DNA of 64,000 nucleotides from Gammaproteobacteria bacterium (GTDB taxonomy: Bacteria; Pseudomonadota; Gammaproteobacteria; Ga0077536): positions 1,920,001 to 1,984,000 of the forward strand of contig CAXXLL010000002.1 of assembly GCA_963662545.2 (NCBI GenBank), in the 5' to 3' direction. This document shows, in pieces, positions 1-9,941 of this stretch (the stretch's first letter is position 1; each line of letters opens with the position of its first letter). The position numbers and the translations under genes are program-made. The notes under the pieces were generated by a model, which was not told the DNA's origin, did not search any database, and saw only the letters and a program-made list of their open reading frames with translations.

Positions 1-778
1 CATCGTACAGCGCCTCGGTCAGTGCGAGTTGTTTCTTGGTATCGCCGAGTTCGCTATAGACGCCCGCAAGGGTGAGCACATAAGTCTGTTTCGGGTAAAA
101 GACGATGAGCTGCTTCAGTATGGCGATCATGTTTTTAAAATCGCTCAACTCGTAGTAGCACACACGCAACAAGAGCAGCCAGTTTTCGCGCGGTTTGCGG
201 CCTTGCTCGCGATACTTGTCGATCGCGGTTTTGATGGGCGCCAGGGCCTGTCGATATTGTTGCAGCTGAAAATGCGCCTGGCCCTTCAACATGTAGACGT
301 CCGGGCTCGGTGCGGATACGACCACGATCAGGCGGTCGACCGTCGCTAGGGCCTTTTCGTAGTTTTCGATGGTGAAATAAAGCTGGCTCAAGGTCTTGAG
401 CGTGCTCTGGACCATCGCTTCGGGCAGATCGCCTTGGGCGATGACATTTTCGTAAGATTTCACCGCTCGTGGGTAGTTCTCCTGCAGATAATAGGCATAA
501 CCGGTCAGGTTCCAGATCTGGGCCGTTTCATAGACTGAAAGATCACTGGTTTCGCGAAGTTTTTTCAACCGTGCCAAGCCGTCTGCGTACTGATTGGCTT
601 CGATCAATTCCTGCGCTTTCTGCAACCCTTCATAGACCGGCTGACTCATGGCGACCGTCTTCTTGGTCTTTTGTGGAGCGGTTTGCTCGGCTTCCTGTGA
701 CCCGTTCTGTGCCGTGGCCGTGCCGCTGAGGGCCGCGGTAAGGACGAATAGTGTGATCAAAAGGCGCCTGAACATCAT
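1..778 (-). CDS. TPR-repeat periplasmic protein (TtpD-like), last gene of TonB2-type operon; partial, runs off window start
   Basis: Manual translation from ATG at 778 (MMFRRLLITLFVLTAALSGTATAQ signal peptide) gives helical TPR-like repeats (WNLTGYAYYLQENYPRAV; YMLKGQAHFQLQQY); open to position 1. Confidence 0.8.
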   Translation of the reverse strand, partial: MMFRRLLITLFVLTAALSGTATAQNGSQEAEQTAPQKTKKTVAMSQPVYEGLQKAQELIEANQYADGLARLKKLRETSDLSVYETAQIWNLTGYAYYLQENYPRAVKSYENVIAQGDLPEAMVQSTLKTLSQLYFTIENYEKALATVDRLIVVVSAPSPDVYMLKGQAHFQLQQYRQALAPIKTAIDKYREQGRKPRENWLLLLRVCYYELSDFKNMIAILKQLIVFYPKQTYVLTLAGVYSELGDTKKQLALTEALYD

Positions 779-782
779 GCAG

Positions 783-1433
783 TCAATCTTCGAGCTTGTA
801 GGTGAACATGTTGCGCACCCCGGGCACTTCGACACTCTGGCCGTCGATCACGCGGGGCTTGTATTTGAACTTAGTCGCTGCGGCGACCGACGCCTTCTTG
901 AACGCGCTGTCACAGGCGCCATTGACCGCACGCGTATCGCGCGTAGTGCCGGTTCGCGTTACCGTGAATTCGACGATGCAGTGGCCTTCGATTCCGCGCG
1001 ACAGGGCGCGATGAGGATAAATCGGCGCGACTTTTACGATGGGCAAATAATCGCCTTCGCCGATGCCCAGACTGAAACCGCTGGAAGTCAGTTCGATATC
1101 GGTTTGCACCGGCACGGCGCGGATGGCAATTTTTTCGGCCGTCGGCTTCAAGCGATCCAGCTTCGGCGTCGGCGGTTGCGGCGGCGGCGTCTTGGGCGGC
1201 GGTGGTTTCCTAGGTTTGATCTGGCGCCGTTGAATAGTTTCGGTGCGCTTGATCCGGACGAAATCGACCAGCGCGCCGCGCTTTGTGGTGTCGAGCGTGC
1301 GGTCCGCCGACGTGATGAGGTACTGCATGATCCAGAACAAGCTCAGCGTTACGACGGCCCCGAGCATGACGCCTACTGCGAGGCGTAAGGGGAAAAATCC
1401 ATCCAGATTCGAGCTTTGAGCTTGTGCCGTCAT
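783..1433 (-). CDS. tonB: Energy transducer TonB
   Basis: N-terminal TM, Pro-rich linker (KPPPPKTPPPQPP), C-terminal YP..A...GIEG...VEFTV...KFKYKPR TonB domain. Confidence 0.93.
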   Translation of the reverse strand: MTAQAQSSNLDGFFPLRLAVGVMLGAVVTLSLFWIMQYLITSADRTLDTTKRGALVDFVRIKRTETIQRRQIKPRKPPPPKTPPPQPPTPKLDRLKPTAEKIAIRAVPVQTDIELTSSGFSLGIGEGDYLPIVKVAPIYPHRALSRGIEGHCIVEFTVTRTGTTRDTRAVNGACDSAFKKASVAAATKFKYKPRVIDGQSVEVPGVRNMFTYKLED

Positions 1434-1462
1434 CTTCGTTGCCGCCTACATGCAATAGCGGG

Positions 1463-1873
1463 CTAGAACTCCTGCGCCGCGATAGCGACGTTGGAGACAC
1501 CGGCCGAGCGGGCCGCATCCATGACCTTGATCAGGGTCTCTGTCTTGGAGTCCTTGTCCGCCTGGATGACTACCGAGCCTTGCGGATTTTCCGCGTGCAG
1601 CCGTTCGATGTTGGGCCTGACAGCGCGGATGTCGACCTGGCGGCGGTCGATCCAAACCTCGTTGTTCGCGCTGATGGCGATAAGAATATTCGCCTTTCCC
1701 AGTTTCACGGCCGTCGCGGCGTCCGGCCGGTTGACATCTATCCCGGCCTCCTTGACGAAGGTCGCCGTCACGATGAAGAAGATCAACATGATGAAGACCA
1801 CGTCGAGCATCGGGGTGATGTCGATCGAGGATTCGTCTTCATCCGCCGTTGTACGCGACATCATTCGTCTCAT
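1463..1873 (-). CDS. exbD: Biopolymer transporter ExbD
   Basis: IDITPMLDVVFIMLIFFIVT motif, VVIQAD. Confidence 0.95.
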   Translation of the reverse strand: MRRMMSRTTADEDESSIDITPMLDVVFIMLIFFIVTATFVKEAGIDVNRPDAATAVKLGKANILIAISANNEVWIDRRQVDIRAVRPNIERLHAENPQGSVVIQADKDSKTETLIKVMDAARSAGVSNVAIAAQEF

Positions 1874-1887
1874 GATTGCTCCTCCGG

Positions 1888-2424
1888 TTAATGATCCGAA
1901 GTCATGTGTTCACCGAGCAGCGCGCGCTCTCGAATGAGCTTGCTCTGCAGGTAGGCGCTCATCGCCACGCCCGACAGGGCGGCGACCATGCCTGCCATCG
2001 TGGGCACCGTCGCCTTGGATACACCCGCGGCCATGGAGCGCGGATTACCCGACCCCGATATGGCCATCACCTCGAACACTTCGATCATGCCGGTGACGGT
2101 GCCGAGCAGGCCCAACAGCGGGCAGAGCGCCACGCAGGTGCGGATCAAGAGCATGTTGCGCTCGAGTTCCTGGCCGACCGTCGAGATCATGTACTCCCGG
2201 ATCCGGTGGGCATTCCAAGACGCGCGTTCGGCGCGCGCGTCCCATTTTTCGATGGTCGCACGCACCACCCGCGGATAGCGAACCGCGAAGTACAAGAGGC
2301 GCTCAAATATCAGTCCCCACATGACCAGGGTGAGGACGCCGATCAGCAGCAACACATCGCCGCCGAGTTCGAAGAAGTCACGCACGGCTTCCAGTTGAGG
2401 AAGGATGTAATAGAGTTTTTCCAT
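1888..2424 (-). CDS. exbB: MotA/TolQ/ExbB proton channel protein ExbB
   Basis: PLLGLLGTVTGMI and MAAGVSKATVPT motifs; start set at MEKLYY. Confidence 0.9.
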   Translation of the reverse strand: MEKLYYILPQLEAVRDFFELGGDVLLLIGVLTLVMWGLIFERLLYFAVRYPRVVRATIEKWDARAERASWNAHRIREYMISTVGQELERNMLLIRTCVALCPLLGLLGTVTGMIEVFEVMAISGSGNPRSMAAGVSKATVPTMAGMVAALSGVAMSAYLQSKLIRERALLGEHMTSDH

Positions 2425-2432
2425 CGCCGCTG

Positions 2433-3803
2433 TCAGGCCACCTTGGCGTGCCGGTTTTCCGATTGCATGGCGACCATACCCGTCGCCTGTTCTTCCAGGA
2501 TCTGATTCACCCGTCTGGCGCGGCTGGACACGAGCGTATGCAGCAACACCGTGGGAATTGCGACGCAAAGGCCCAGCACGGTCGTGACCAGCGCTTGCGA
2601 GATGCCGCCTGCCATGATCTTGGGATCGCCGGTGCCGAAAAGCGTGATCGCCTGAAACGTGATGATCATGCCGGTGACCGTGCCGAGCAGACCGAGCAGG
2701 GGTGCGACGACCGCGATGATCTTCAGAAACATCAGCAGGCGGTTGATCTTCGGCGTCTCTCTCAAAATGGCCTCGGAAAGTTTCAGTTCCAGGGTTTCTA
2801 CGTCGGTCTTGGGGTTGTCGTGATAAACCTTCAGTATCCGTCCCAGCGGGTTATTGCCCGGCTTGTCCGGGTTGCGCGCCTGCATGCGGACACGCAAACC
2901 GGTAAAGGTCAAGGTCGCCGTACGTTCGAGCGCGATGAGTAGCGCGAGCGCCCCGAGGCAGATGATCACATAGCCGACGACCCCGCCCTGATCGATTCGC
3001 TCGCGCAGGCCCGGTGCCTGTACGAGCAGCGAAAGGATCTGGCCGCGAGACGGATCGAGACCGAAAGCTGCCGTGCCCACGGACGCGTTTTCGAGTTCGG
3101 AAACCTTGTCCAGATACCGTTGCTGCGGCTGGCGCGCGAGTTCCAACAAGCGCCCGGTTTCCGGAATGAATTGCAGGTACTTGCCTGCGGAAATGACATT
3201 GAAAGCCCCTACGCGTACGACGTCGCGCTGGGCTTCGTTACCGTCGACCGCTACCACGCTGGCCGGAAAGCGCACGACCTTGCCGGACTCGATCATCTCT
3301 CGCTGCAGTTCGAACCACAGGCGTTCGATCTCCTCCAGTGATGCAAGACGGCTTGTCTGGCCCATTTTCTGGGCCAGGTCCGTCAAGAAATCAATCCGTT
3401 CGGGGAACTGTACGTGGGTCAACGAGTTTTCGAACTGGCCCCGGGCGTCGCCCGCTGCCTGCTGCAAAACGCCGAATAATTCCTTGAGCGAGCCGAGCCG
3501 TTCCTTCAGCGCAGCTTCGAGTTCGATGACCCTGACGTCGTTCTCCTCGAAGGCCTTTTCGAGTTGCTCCGAGCGCGCTTCTTGGCGCCGGCGCGCCACC
3601 CTGGCGGCCGCAAGCAGCTTTGCCTGCTCCGCTTTGTTGGCCTTGAACGCCGCGATCCGCGCCGCATTTTCCTTGGCGTCCTGCACCCTTCCTGCCTTGA
3701 CTTTTTGCAGTAGCAGGTCGAGCGACAGCGCGTCCTCGGCGGCCACCGGCGCAGCCGCGATCAAGCTGAGGGTGATGATAGCTACCAGCCTGCGGGCACT
3801 CAT
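2433..3803 (-). CDS. Long MotA/TolQ/ExbB protein with periplasmic coiled coil (TtpC-like)
   Basis: Signal peptide, coiled coil, C-terminal APLLGLLGTVTGMI...MAGGISQALVTT. Confidence 0.88.
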   Translation of the reverse strand: MSARRLVAIITLSLIAAAPVAAEDALSLDLLLQKVKAGRVQDAKENAARIAAFKANKAEQAKLLAAARVARRRQEARSEQLEKAFEENDVRVIELEAALKERLGSLKELFGVLQQAAGDARGQFENSLTHVQFPERIDFLTDLAQKMGQTSRLASLEEIERLWFELQREMIESGKVVRFPASVVAVDGNEAQRDVVRVGAFNVISAGKYLQFIPETGRLLELARQPQQRYLDKVSELENASVGTAAFGLDPSRGQILSLLVQAPGLRERIDQGGVVGYVIICLGALALLIALERTATLTFTGLRVRMQARNPDKPGNNPLGRILKVYHDNPKTDVETLELKLSEAILRETPKINRLLMFLKIIAVVAPLLGLLGTVTGMIITFQAITLFGTGDPKIMAGGISQALVTTVLGLCVAIPTVLLHTLVSSRARRVNQILEEQATGMVAMQSENRHAKVA

Positions 3804-4582
3804 TCGGTGGCTCCTTTCGGCGCCGATATCGGCAACACCAGCAGGTTGGGTGCGACTTGTTTACGCGCCACTCTCAAACCTTTGGATACATCCTGCTTGT
3901 AAGTTGCCGGCGCGAGAGGCTCCCATTGCCCGGTCTCCCGGTTCCAGGCGCCGGTCAGATCTCCGCCGTCCGTTTGGTACAACAACGCGACGCGGCCGAC
4001 GCGCAGGAAGTTCACTTCGCGCGCGCCGCCACCGGCTTCTAGCGTACCCCTATACGCTTCAATCGTACGGCCGTAGTCGTTCTCGATCTGATACGCTTCG
4101 AGTACGCGGCGGAATTTTTCCGCCGCGGTAACGTCCGAGCGTTCCATCATGGCGCGCAGTCGCTCGACGCGGAGGCTGCGCTCTTCGGGCAGAAACGGCA
4201 CGTCGAGCGCAACGAATTCGGCCAGCGCTTCGATCATGCGCACCATCAGCGGGACGATCTGGCGTTCGATCAACGAGACCTTGCTGATCGAATCCGCTAA
4301 GGCCTCCATCTCCGCGACCTGATTGTCGACCTGTTTTTGCAGCAGATTATTATAGATCTTGAGTCCGTCGACGACCTTGGTGACCTGTTTGTATTCGGCC
4401 TCGAGATCGCCGGCCTGGTCGCTCAGCTTTTCGACTTCACGTTGAGCGGCGGCGCCTTCGTCGACGCGCTGCTCTCCGGTCCTGGTCACGTCATCGACCT
4501 TAGCCTGCGCCCAGGCGACGCCCGGCAGCGCCGTGATTACGAGCACGGCATACAAGCATAATCTGCTCATTGAGATCCCCAT
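3800..4582 (-). CDS. DUF3450 family protein (TtpB-like TonB2 accessory)
   Basis: Signal peptide; LDVPFL.EER, EKFRRVLEAYQIE.DYGR, FLRVGRVAL motifs; operon position. Confidence 0.85.
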   Translation of the reverse strand: MGISMSRLCLYAVLVITALPGVAWAQAKVDDVTRTGEQRVDEGAAAQREVEKLSDQAGDLEAEYKQVTKVVDGLKIYNNLLQKQVDNQVAEMEALADSISKVSLIERQIVPLMVRMIEALAEFVALDVPFLPEERSLRVERLRAMMERSDVTAAEKFRRVLEAYQIENDYGRTIEAYRGTLEAGGGAREVNFLRVGRVALLYQTDGGDLTGAWNRETGQWEPLAPATYKQDVSKGLRVARKQVAPNLLVLPISAPKGATE

Positions 4583-4709
4583 TTTTCGTTAGTATTCCCC
4601 AATCGTTGCCAGATTTCGTATGGGTACGGGGCTGGTCTCCCCGATCGTATGGTAGTGCACCCTTAATGCGGCGGTCTACCGGTAGCCGGCGTGCGCCGGT
4701 CCGCTGCAA

Positions 4710-4740
4710 GCAACCGTTGCATACCGATCGCAACCGTTGC
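4710..4740. promoter_or_regulatory. Two identical palindromes GCAACCGTTGC, 20 bp apart; putative repressor operator pair (LacI-family-like)
   Basis: GCAAC-C-GTTGC at 4710-4720 and 4730-4740 in the divergent intergenic region. Confidence 0.45.
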
Positions 4741-4835
4741 CGGCCCACCGCCGCCGAACGACCGCGACCTGCGTGCGGCCCGTGTGCCAGCAATGGTAGG
4801 ATCCGTCTACACGTGCAATCTTTGGAGACCGCGGC

Positions 4836-6362
4836 GTGACTCAGATCAAAGCGGATGATGTCATTCAAAGCGTCGCCGACGCCCTCCAGTACATCTCTTA
4901 TTACCATCCGCCAGACTACATCGCAAATCTCGCGCGGGCTTATGAACTCGAGGAATCGCAGGCTGCCCGGGATGCGATGGCTCAGATTCTGGTCAATTCG
5001 CGCATGTGCGCCGAAGGACGCCGCCCGATTTGCCAGGATACCGGCATCGTCAATGTATTCTGCCGAGTGGGCATGAACGTCCGTTGGGCCGACGACATGC
5101 TGCTGGATGACATGATCAACGAGGGCGTAAGGCGCGCCTACCTGCACTCCGACAACAAGCTGCGTTCTTCGATCGTCAGCGATCCCGCAGGTGACCGCGT
5201 CAATACCGGCGACAACACGCCGGCGGTCATTCATACCGAACTCGTAGCCGGCGACAAACTCGACATCACCGTCGCGGCAAAAGGCGGCGGTTCGGAGAAT
5301 AAATCGAAGTTCACGATGCTCAATCCCTCCGACAGCATCGTCGAGTGGGTGCTCGAAACGCTGCCGACCATGGGCGCGGGCTGGTGCCCGCCGGGCTTGC
5401 TTGGCATCGGCATCGGCGGCACCGCCGAGAAGGCGATGATGCTGGCCAAAGGCGCCTTAATGGATCCGATTGATATGCAGGAATTGATCGCACGCGGGCC
5501 CGAAAACGGCATCGAGGCGTTGCGTATCGAGCTATACGAAAAAGTAAATGCGCTCGGTATTGGTGCGCAGGGGCTGGGCGGTCTGACCACGGTCCTCGAT
5601 GTGAAAATCAAGGACTATCCAACGCACGCGGCCTCAAAACCCGTGGCGATGATTCCGAATTGTGCAGCGACCCGCCACGCTCATTTCGTCCTGGACGGAT
5701 CGGGGGTCGCCACACTGCCAGCGCCGAAACTCGAAGACTGGCCCGAGATCGCCTGGTCGGTCGGCGACAACGCGCGCCGCGTCGATCTGAATACCGTGAC
5801 GCGGGAGGAAGTGCAAAGCTGGCAGCCCGGTGAGACGCTTTTATTGTCAGGCTCAATGTTGACCGGGCGCGACGGCGCGCACCAGCGTATTGCGGAGCTG
5901 TTCGAGCGCGGTGATCCCCTGCCGCCAGGCGTCGATTTCAATAACCGGTTCATCTACTACGTTGGACCGGTCGACCCGGTCCGTGACGAAGTCGTCGGTC
6001 CAGCGGGGCCGACCACGGCCACCCGCATGGATAAATACACCGACATGATGCTGGAACGGACGGGACTCATGGGAATGATCGGAAAAGCCGAGCGCGGTCC
6101 GGTCGCGATCGATGCGATCAAGCGCCACCGCGCGGTCTACCTGATGGCGGTAGGCGGCGCCGCTTATCTGGTATCAAAGGCCATCCGCGAAGCGCGGATC
6201 GTCGCTTTCGAAGAAATGGGCATGGAAGCCATTCACGAATTCGTGGTCGAGGATATGCCGGTGACAGTCGCGGTGGACAGTCATGGTACCAGCGTTCACG
6301 AAACCGGGCCGCGTGAATGGCGGGCCCGGATCGGCAAGATTCCGGTCAAGGTGGAGGCCTGA
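4836..6362 (+). CDS. fumA: Class I Fe-S fumarate hydratase
   Basis: RPICQDTG, AAKGGGSENKS, GAGWCPPG, PNCAATRH, GPTTATRMD motifs. Confidence 0.95.
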   Translation: MTQIKADDVIQSVADALQYISYYHPPDYIANLARAYELEESQAARDAMAQILVNSRMCAEGRRPICQDTGIVNVFCRVGMNVRWADDMLLDDMINEGVRRAYLHSDNKLRSSIVSDPAGDRVNTGDNTPAVIHTELVAGDKLDITVAAKGGGSENKSKFTMLNPSDSIVEWVLETLPTMGAGWCPPGLLGIGIGGTAEKAMMLAKGALMDPIDMQELIARGPENGIEALRIELYEKVNALGIGAQGLGGLTTVLDVKIKDYPTHAASKPVAMIPNCAATRHAHFVLDGSGVATLPAPKLEDWPEIAWSVGDNARRVDLNTVTREEVQSWQPGETLLLSGSMLTGRDGAHQRIAELFERGDPLPPGVDFNNRFIYYVGPVDPVRDEVVGPAGPTTATRMDKYTDMMLERTGLMGMIGKAERGPVAIDAIKRHRAVYLMAVGGAAYLVSKAIREARIVAFEEMGMEAIHEFVVEDMPVTVAVDSHGTSVHETGPREWRARIGKIPVKVEA

Positions 6363-6398
6363 CAGGGGGTTTGCCGCGGTTTCGAGGTCACCGCGCGG

Positions 6399-7337
6399 TC
6401 AGAGCGCGGCGAGCGATCGGTTCGCGATCGGGGACCGGGCGGTTACGGGTCCGGGCGGATGCACGTCCGGATAGAGTGCATGCGCGATGATTTCGGCGCT
6501 GTCGGCCAGACGCGGACCGGGCCGGCTGAAATACGCATTGCCGTCCGTGACGAAGACCTGGTTCTGCTTGACCGCGCGCAACTCACACCAGCCGCTAGTA
6601 TCGAGCACGGCCGCGACTTCATCGAGGCTACGTTCCATGGAAAAACCACAACATGCAATAAACAGCATGTCCGGATCGGCTTGGGCGATCTCGTGCAGGC
6701 TGGTCGTAGTTGACGCTCGCCCGGTCATGCCGAAACAGTCGTAGCCCCCGGCCATGCGGACGAGTTCAGGATTCCAATGTCCACCGCGAAACGGCGGATC
6801 GATCCACTCCAGGAAAACCGTGCGCCGCGGTGTCCCGGCCCTGAGCAGGGTCGCCGAGCGCACGCGCACCGCGTCGAACCGCGCCTTCATATTCCCGGCT
6901 AGGTCTGCGGCGGCTTGCGGCACCTCGGCAGCCTCGCCGATCGCGCGGACGCACGCTAAGACGTCCTGCAGGGTGTACGGTTCTATGTTCACGATGTTCG
7001 CCGAAATACCGCGCGTGGATGTAAATGCACGGACTTCTTCATCGGCCACTGCGCAGACATCGCACAGAGATTGCGTGACGATCAGATCCGGCGCCAGGCT
7101 TTCCAGCAAATCGGCATCGAGGCTGTACAGCGCCTGCCGGGACTCGAGTTCATTTCGAACCTGGCGATCGATCTCGGCACTGGCTAGATAATGATCGATA
7201 CGGGTCTTCGTCACGCGCGGTAATGCGGCGACACCGGCCGGGAAATCGCACTCGTGAGAAACGCCCACGAGCTGGGATCTCAATCCTAGCGCGCACACGA
7301 TTTCGGTCGCGCTTGGCAACAGAGTTACGATCCTCAT
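6399..7337 (-). CDS. Cobalamin-binding / Fe-siderophore ABC substrate-binding protein (BtuF-like), no signal peptide
   Basis: MRIVTLLPSATEIV, GVSHECD, TQSLCDVCAV, EWIDPP, FSRPGPRL. Confidence 0.85.
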   Translation of the reverse strand: MRIVTLLPSATEIVCALGLRSQLVGVSHECDFPAGVAALPRVTKTRIDHYLASAEIDRQVRNELESRQALYSLDADLLESLAPDLIVTQSLCDVCAVADEEVRAFTSTRGISANIVNIEPYTLQDVLACVRAIGEAAEVPQAAADLAGNMKARFDAVRVRSATLLRAGTPRRTVFLEWIDPPFRGGHWNPELVRMAGGYDCFGMTGRASTTTSLHEIAQADPDMLFIACCGFSMERSLDEVAAVLDTSGWCELRAVKQNQVFVTDGNAYFSRPGPRLADSAEIIAHALYPDVHPPGPVTARSPIANRSLAAL

Positions 7338-8039
7338 GTCGACATCACCTGATCTCCGAGCCGCATCGAGAAATCGGCAAAGACGAAGCCATCCCGTTCT
7401 ACCACCTCGCCGGATTCAACTGCGATTGGATTTTGAAAGCTTGGACCGTCGACGACAATCGTATGGAATTTCCCCATGTTCGCCGCAGGCATCGACGTCT
7501 GCCGGTAAATCGTCCAACAGCGAACGATCGAATGCGCGCCCCGCAAAGGAAGGTGCGAGCATCCGCGGATCGATGCAGACCAGATAGGCTTTTACGCCCG
7601 CTGCGATCATACGCCCGGCAAGTGGCCGGGTCGGTTCGCCCCACAGGGGAAATAGTGGTTCCACGCCACTGCCCTTAAGCATGCGCAGACGGTATTCGCG
7701 AACGTCGTCCAGGAATAGATCGCCGAAGGCTAAATGCGAAATATCGAAGCGCTTCTTGATCTCCTCGATCGCCCCCAACATTAGCTCCTCGTAGATCGCA
7801 TTCGAACAAGGCCAGGGCAGGTCGACCTCGTGCAGCGGTAGCCCGACCGCCACGGCCTGCGCCTGTACCAGGCTGCGGCGCACACCATGCATCGCGGCAC
7901 GCCCGAAGGACTCGTTGAAACTCGTCAGCAACACACGGACATCGAGGTCCGGATCGCGGCGCAGCACGTTCAAGGCCCAGGCGGCATCCTTGCCCGAGCT
8001 CCACGCAAGCGCGACGCCTGTTCGGGTGCCCCGACTCAA
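7334..8039 (-). pseudogene. DUF71/COG2102 (diphthine-ammonia ligase-like) PP-loop ATPase, split by a +1 frameshift near 7470 (pseudogene or sequencing error)
   Basis: WSSGKD PP-loop, FGDLFLDDVREYR; conserved CGExGE|FHT.V.DGP motif is divided between ORFs 7416..8039 and 7334..7546. Confidence 0.85.
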
Positions 8040-9064
8040 GCGCCCCGATCCTTGAAATGCGGCATGACTTCCTCAGCGAACAGTGCGAGGTGATCGTTCA
8101 TGAGTTCGACCCCGTAACCCGGGGGAACCGTCCAATTGTAGTACCGTTCGATACCGTTCGCTTCCACGTAATCGCCAATGAGGTCTACCGCCTCCTGCGG
8201 TGACACGCAAAGCAGTATCCCCATCTCGCGGAGATCCTCAATGCCGGCGATCGGCGGAAAGAGCGCCTGGCCGGCATCGCTGAGCCAGCGGTTATACGTC
8301 TCGATCTGGTAAAGCACGTGCGGCGCGACTGAGGCGAAGGTCTTGTCCGGATCGCGCGAGGCGATGAGCCAGAAATGACCACCGGCGAGCCGGACCTCGC
8401 CCGGTCGTCCAAGCCGCTGCCACTCCTCGCGGAACAACTTCGATTGTTCGACCATGTCGCCGGTGCCGATATAGCCATCGCCCAGGCGTGCCGCGCGTCG
8501 CACCGCCACGGGCGCAAAGCCGCCGACCCACAAGGGCGGGCGCGGCTCCTGCACGGTCGGCGGTTCCAGCCTGGCGCCCTTAATTTGATAATGAACACCC
8601 TCGAAATCGACGGTTTCTCCGTCCCACAGGCGGCGGATGATTTCCAGACCCTCATCGATACGTCCGGCGCGGTCGGCAGCCTGGTAACCCAGACCCTCGA
8701 ATTCCTGCGGTCGATAACCGACGCCGACACCGAGTTCGAAACGTCCATTCGAAAGAATGTCGATGGTAGCGCCGTCTTCTGCGACGCGAACCGCGTGGTG
8801 CAAAGGCAGCAGGAGCACGCCGGTACCGATCCGGATCCGCCGGGTAGTCGCCGCAACGGCGGCCGCCAACGGCAGTATCGAAGGCGCGTGCCCGTCGTCG
8901 CAGAAATGATGCTCGGTCAGCCACACGTCGTCGTATCCGATCGTTTCAGCCCATGCGATCTGGCGCAGGTGGGCCGCATAGAGGTCGGCATAAGGGGTTT
9001 GCCATTGCGGGGGGTTGCGAAACGAATACCACAGACCGAACTTTAAGGACGTGCTTGTTGCCAT
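8036..9064 (-). CDS. Luciferase-like (LLM) flavin-dependent oxidoreductase
   Basis: WLTEHHF, IRIGTGVLLLPL, VAED.ATID.LSNGRFELGVG.GY. Confidence 0.92.
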   Translation of the reverse strand: MATSTSLKFGLWYSFRNPPQWQTPYADLYAAHLRQIAWAETIGYDDVWLTEHHFCDDGHAPSILPLAAAVAATTRRIRIGTGVLLLPLHHAVRVAEDGATIDILSNGRFELGVGVGYRPQEFEGLGYQAADRAGRIDEGLEIIRRLWDGETVDFEGVHYQIKGARLEPPTVQEPRPPLWVGGFAPVAVRRAARLGDGYIGTGDMVEQSKLFREEWQRLGRPGEVRLAGGHFWLIASRDPDKTFASVAPHVLYQIETYNRWLSDAGQALFPPIAGIEDLREMGILLCVSPQEAVDLIGDYVEANGIERYYNWTVPPGYGVELMNDHLALFAEEVMPHFKDRGA

Positions 9065-9155
9065 GGTGGCAGATTCTCCCGTAAACGCAGTGAAATGATC
9101 AATCCGCTAAATAGCATCCATCGAGAAAGAACAGCGCTCGCCAAAACGAAATGCG

Positions 9156-9941
9156 TTATTCGCCCGCAATCGGTGCGCGCGCGCTGAGTGCCTGTTCGAT
9201 ACCGGCATCTTTGAGATAACGACTTGAAACACCGAATACCGACTCGATGTTTTTCGATGTCAGCACTTCTCGCGGGACGCCAGTGGCAATCGCCTGGCCC
9301 TCGTTCATCAAAACCAGTCGATCGCAGTGCCGCGCGGCGATATTCAAATCATGGAGTACGACGGCAGCGCCGCGATCCTCCTTAGTATGCCGGCGCAGCG
9401 TGCCCAGGATCTCCAACTGAAAATGCGGATCCAGATTCGCTATCGGTTCGTCCGCGAGAATGAGTTCATGACCGCCGGCGATCAACCGGGCGATATGAAC
9501 ACGGGCCAGCTCGCCGCCGGACAGCGCGTTTCCACGGCGATCGAGCAGGGCGTGCAGATCCGTCTCGCTGATAGCCTCTGCGATCAGACGGCGATCGTGT
9601 TCACCCAGGGTGCCGAGACCGCGTACGTGTGGTAAGCGTCCCAGTGCAACGATGGTCCTGACAGGCAGCGGCCAATGCAGTTCCGGGTTCTGCGCGTGAT
9701 AACCGATCCGTCGTGCGAGCTCGACCGCCGATATTCCAGATAAGTCGACATCGTCGATCGACACCTGGCCCGCAATCGTTCGCTCGAGCCGTGCCAGTAC
9801 CCGCAGCAAAGTTGACTTACCCGATCCATTAGGGCCGATGATGCCGACGAATTCGCCCGCGCGGAGTTCAATCTTAACCTCGTCGAGTATCCGGCATCCG
9901 CCTTTCTCGACCACGATCCCTTCCGCGGCTAAGCGTTTCAT
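9156..9941 (-). CDS. Cobalamin/Fe-siderophore ABC ATP-binding protein (BtuD-like)
   Basis: GPNGSGKST, LSGGE, ADEP, VLHDLN. Confidence 0.9.
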   Translation of the reverse strand: MKRLAAEGIVVEKGGCRILDEVKIELRAGEFVGIIGPNGSGKSTLLRVLARLERTIAGQVSIDDVDLSGISAVELARRIGYHAQNPELHWPLPVRTIVALGRLPHVRGLGTLGEHDRRLIAEAISETDLHALLDRRGNALSGGELARVHIARLIAGGHELILADEPIANLDPHFQLEILGTLRRHTKEDRGAAVVLHDLNIAARHCDRLVLMNEGQAIATGVPREVLTSKNIESVFGVSSRYLKDAGIEQALSARAPIAGE

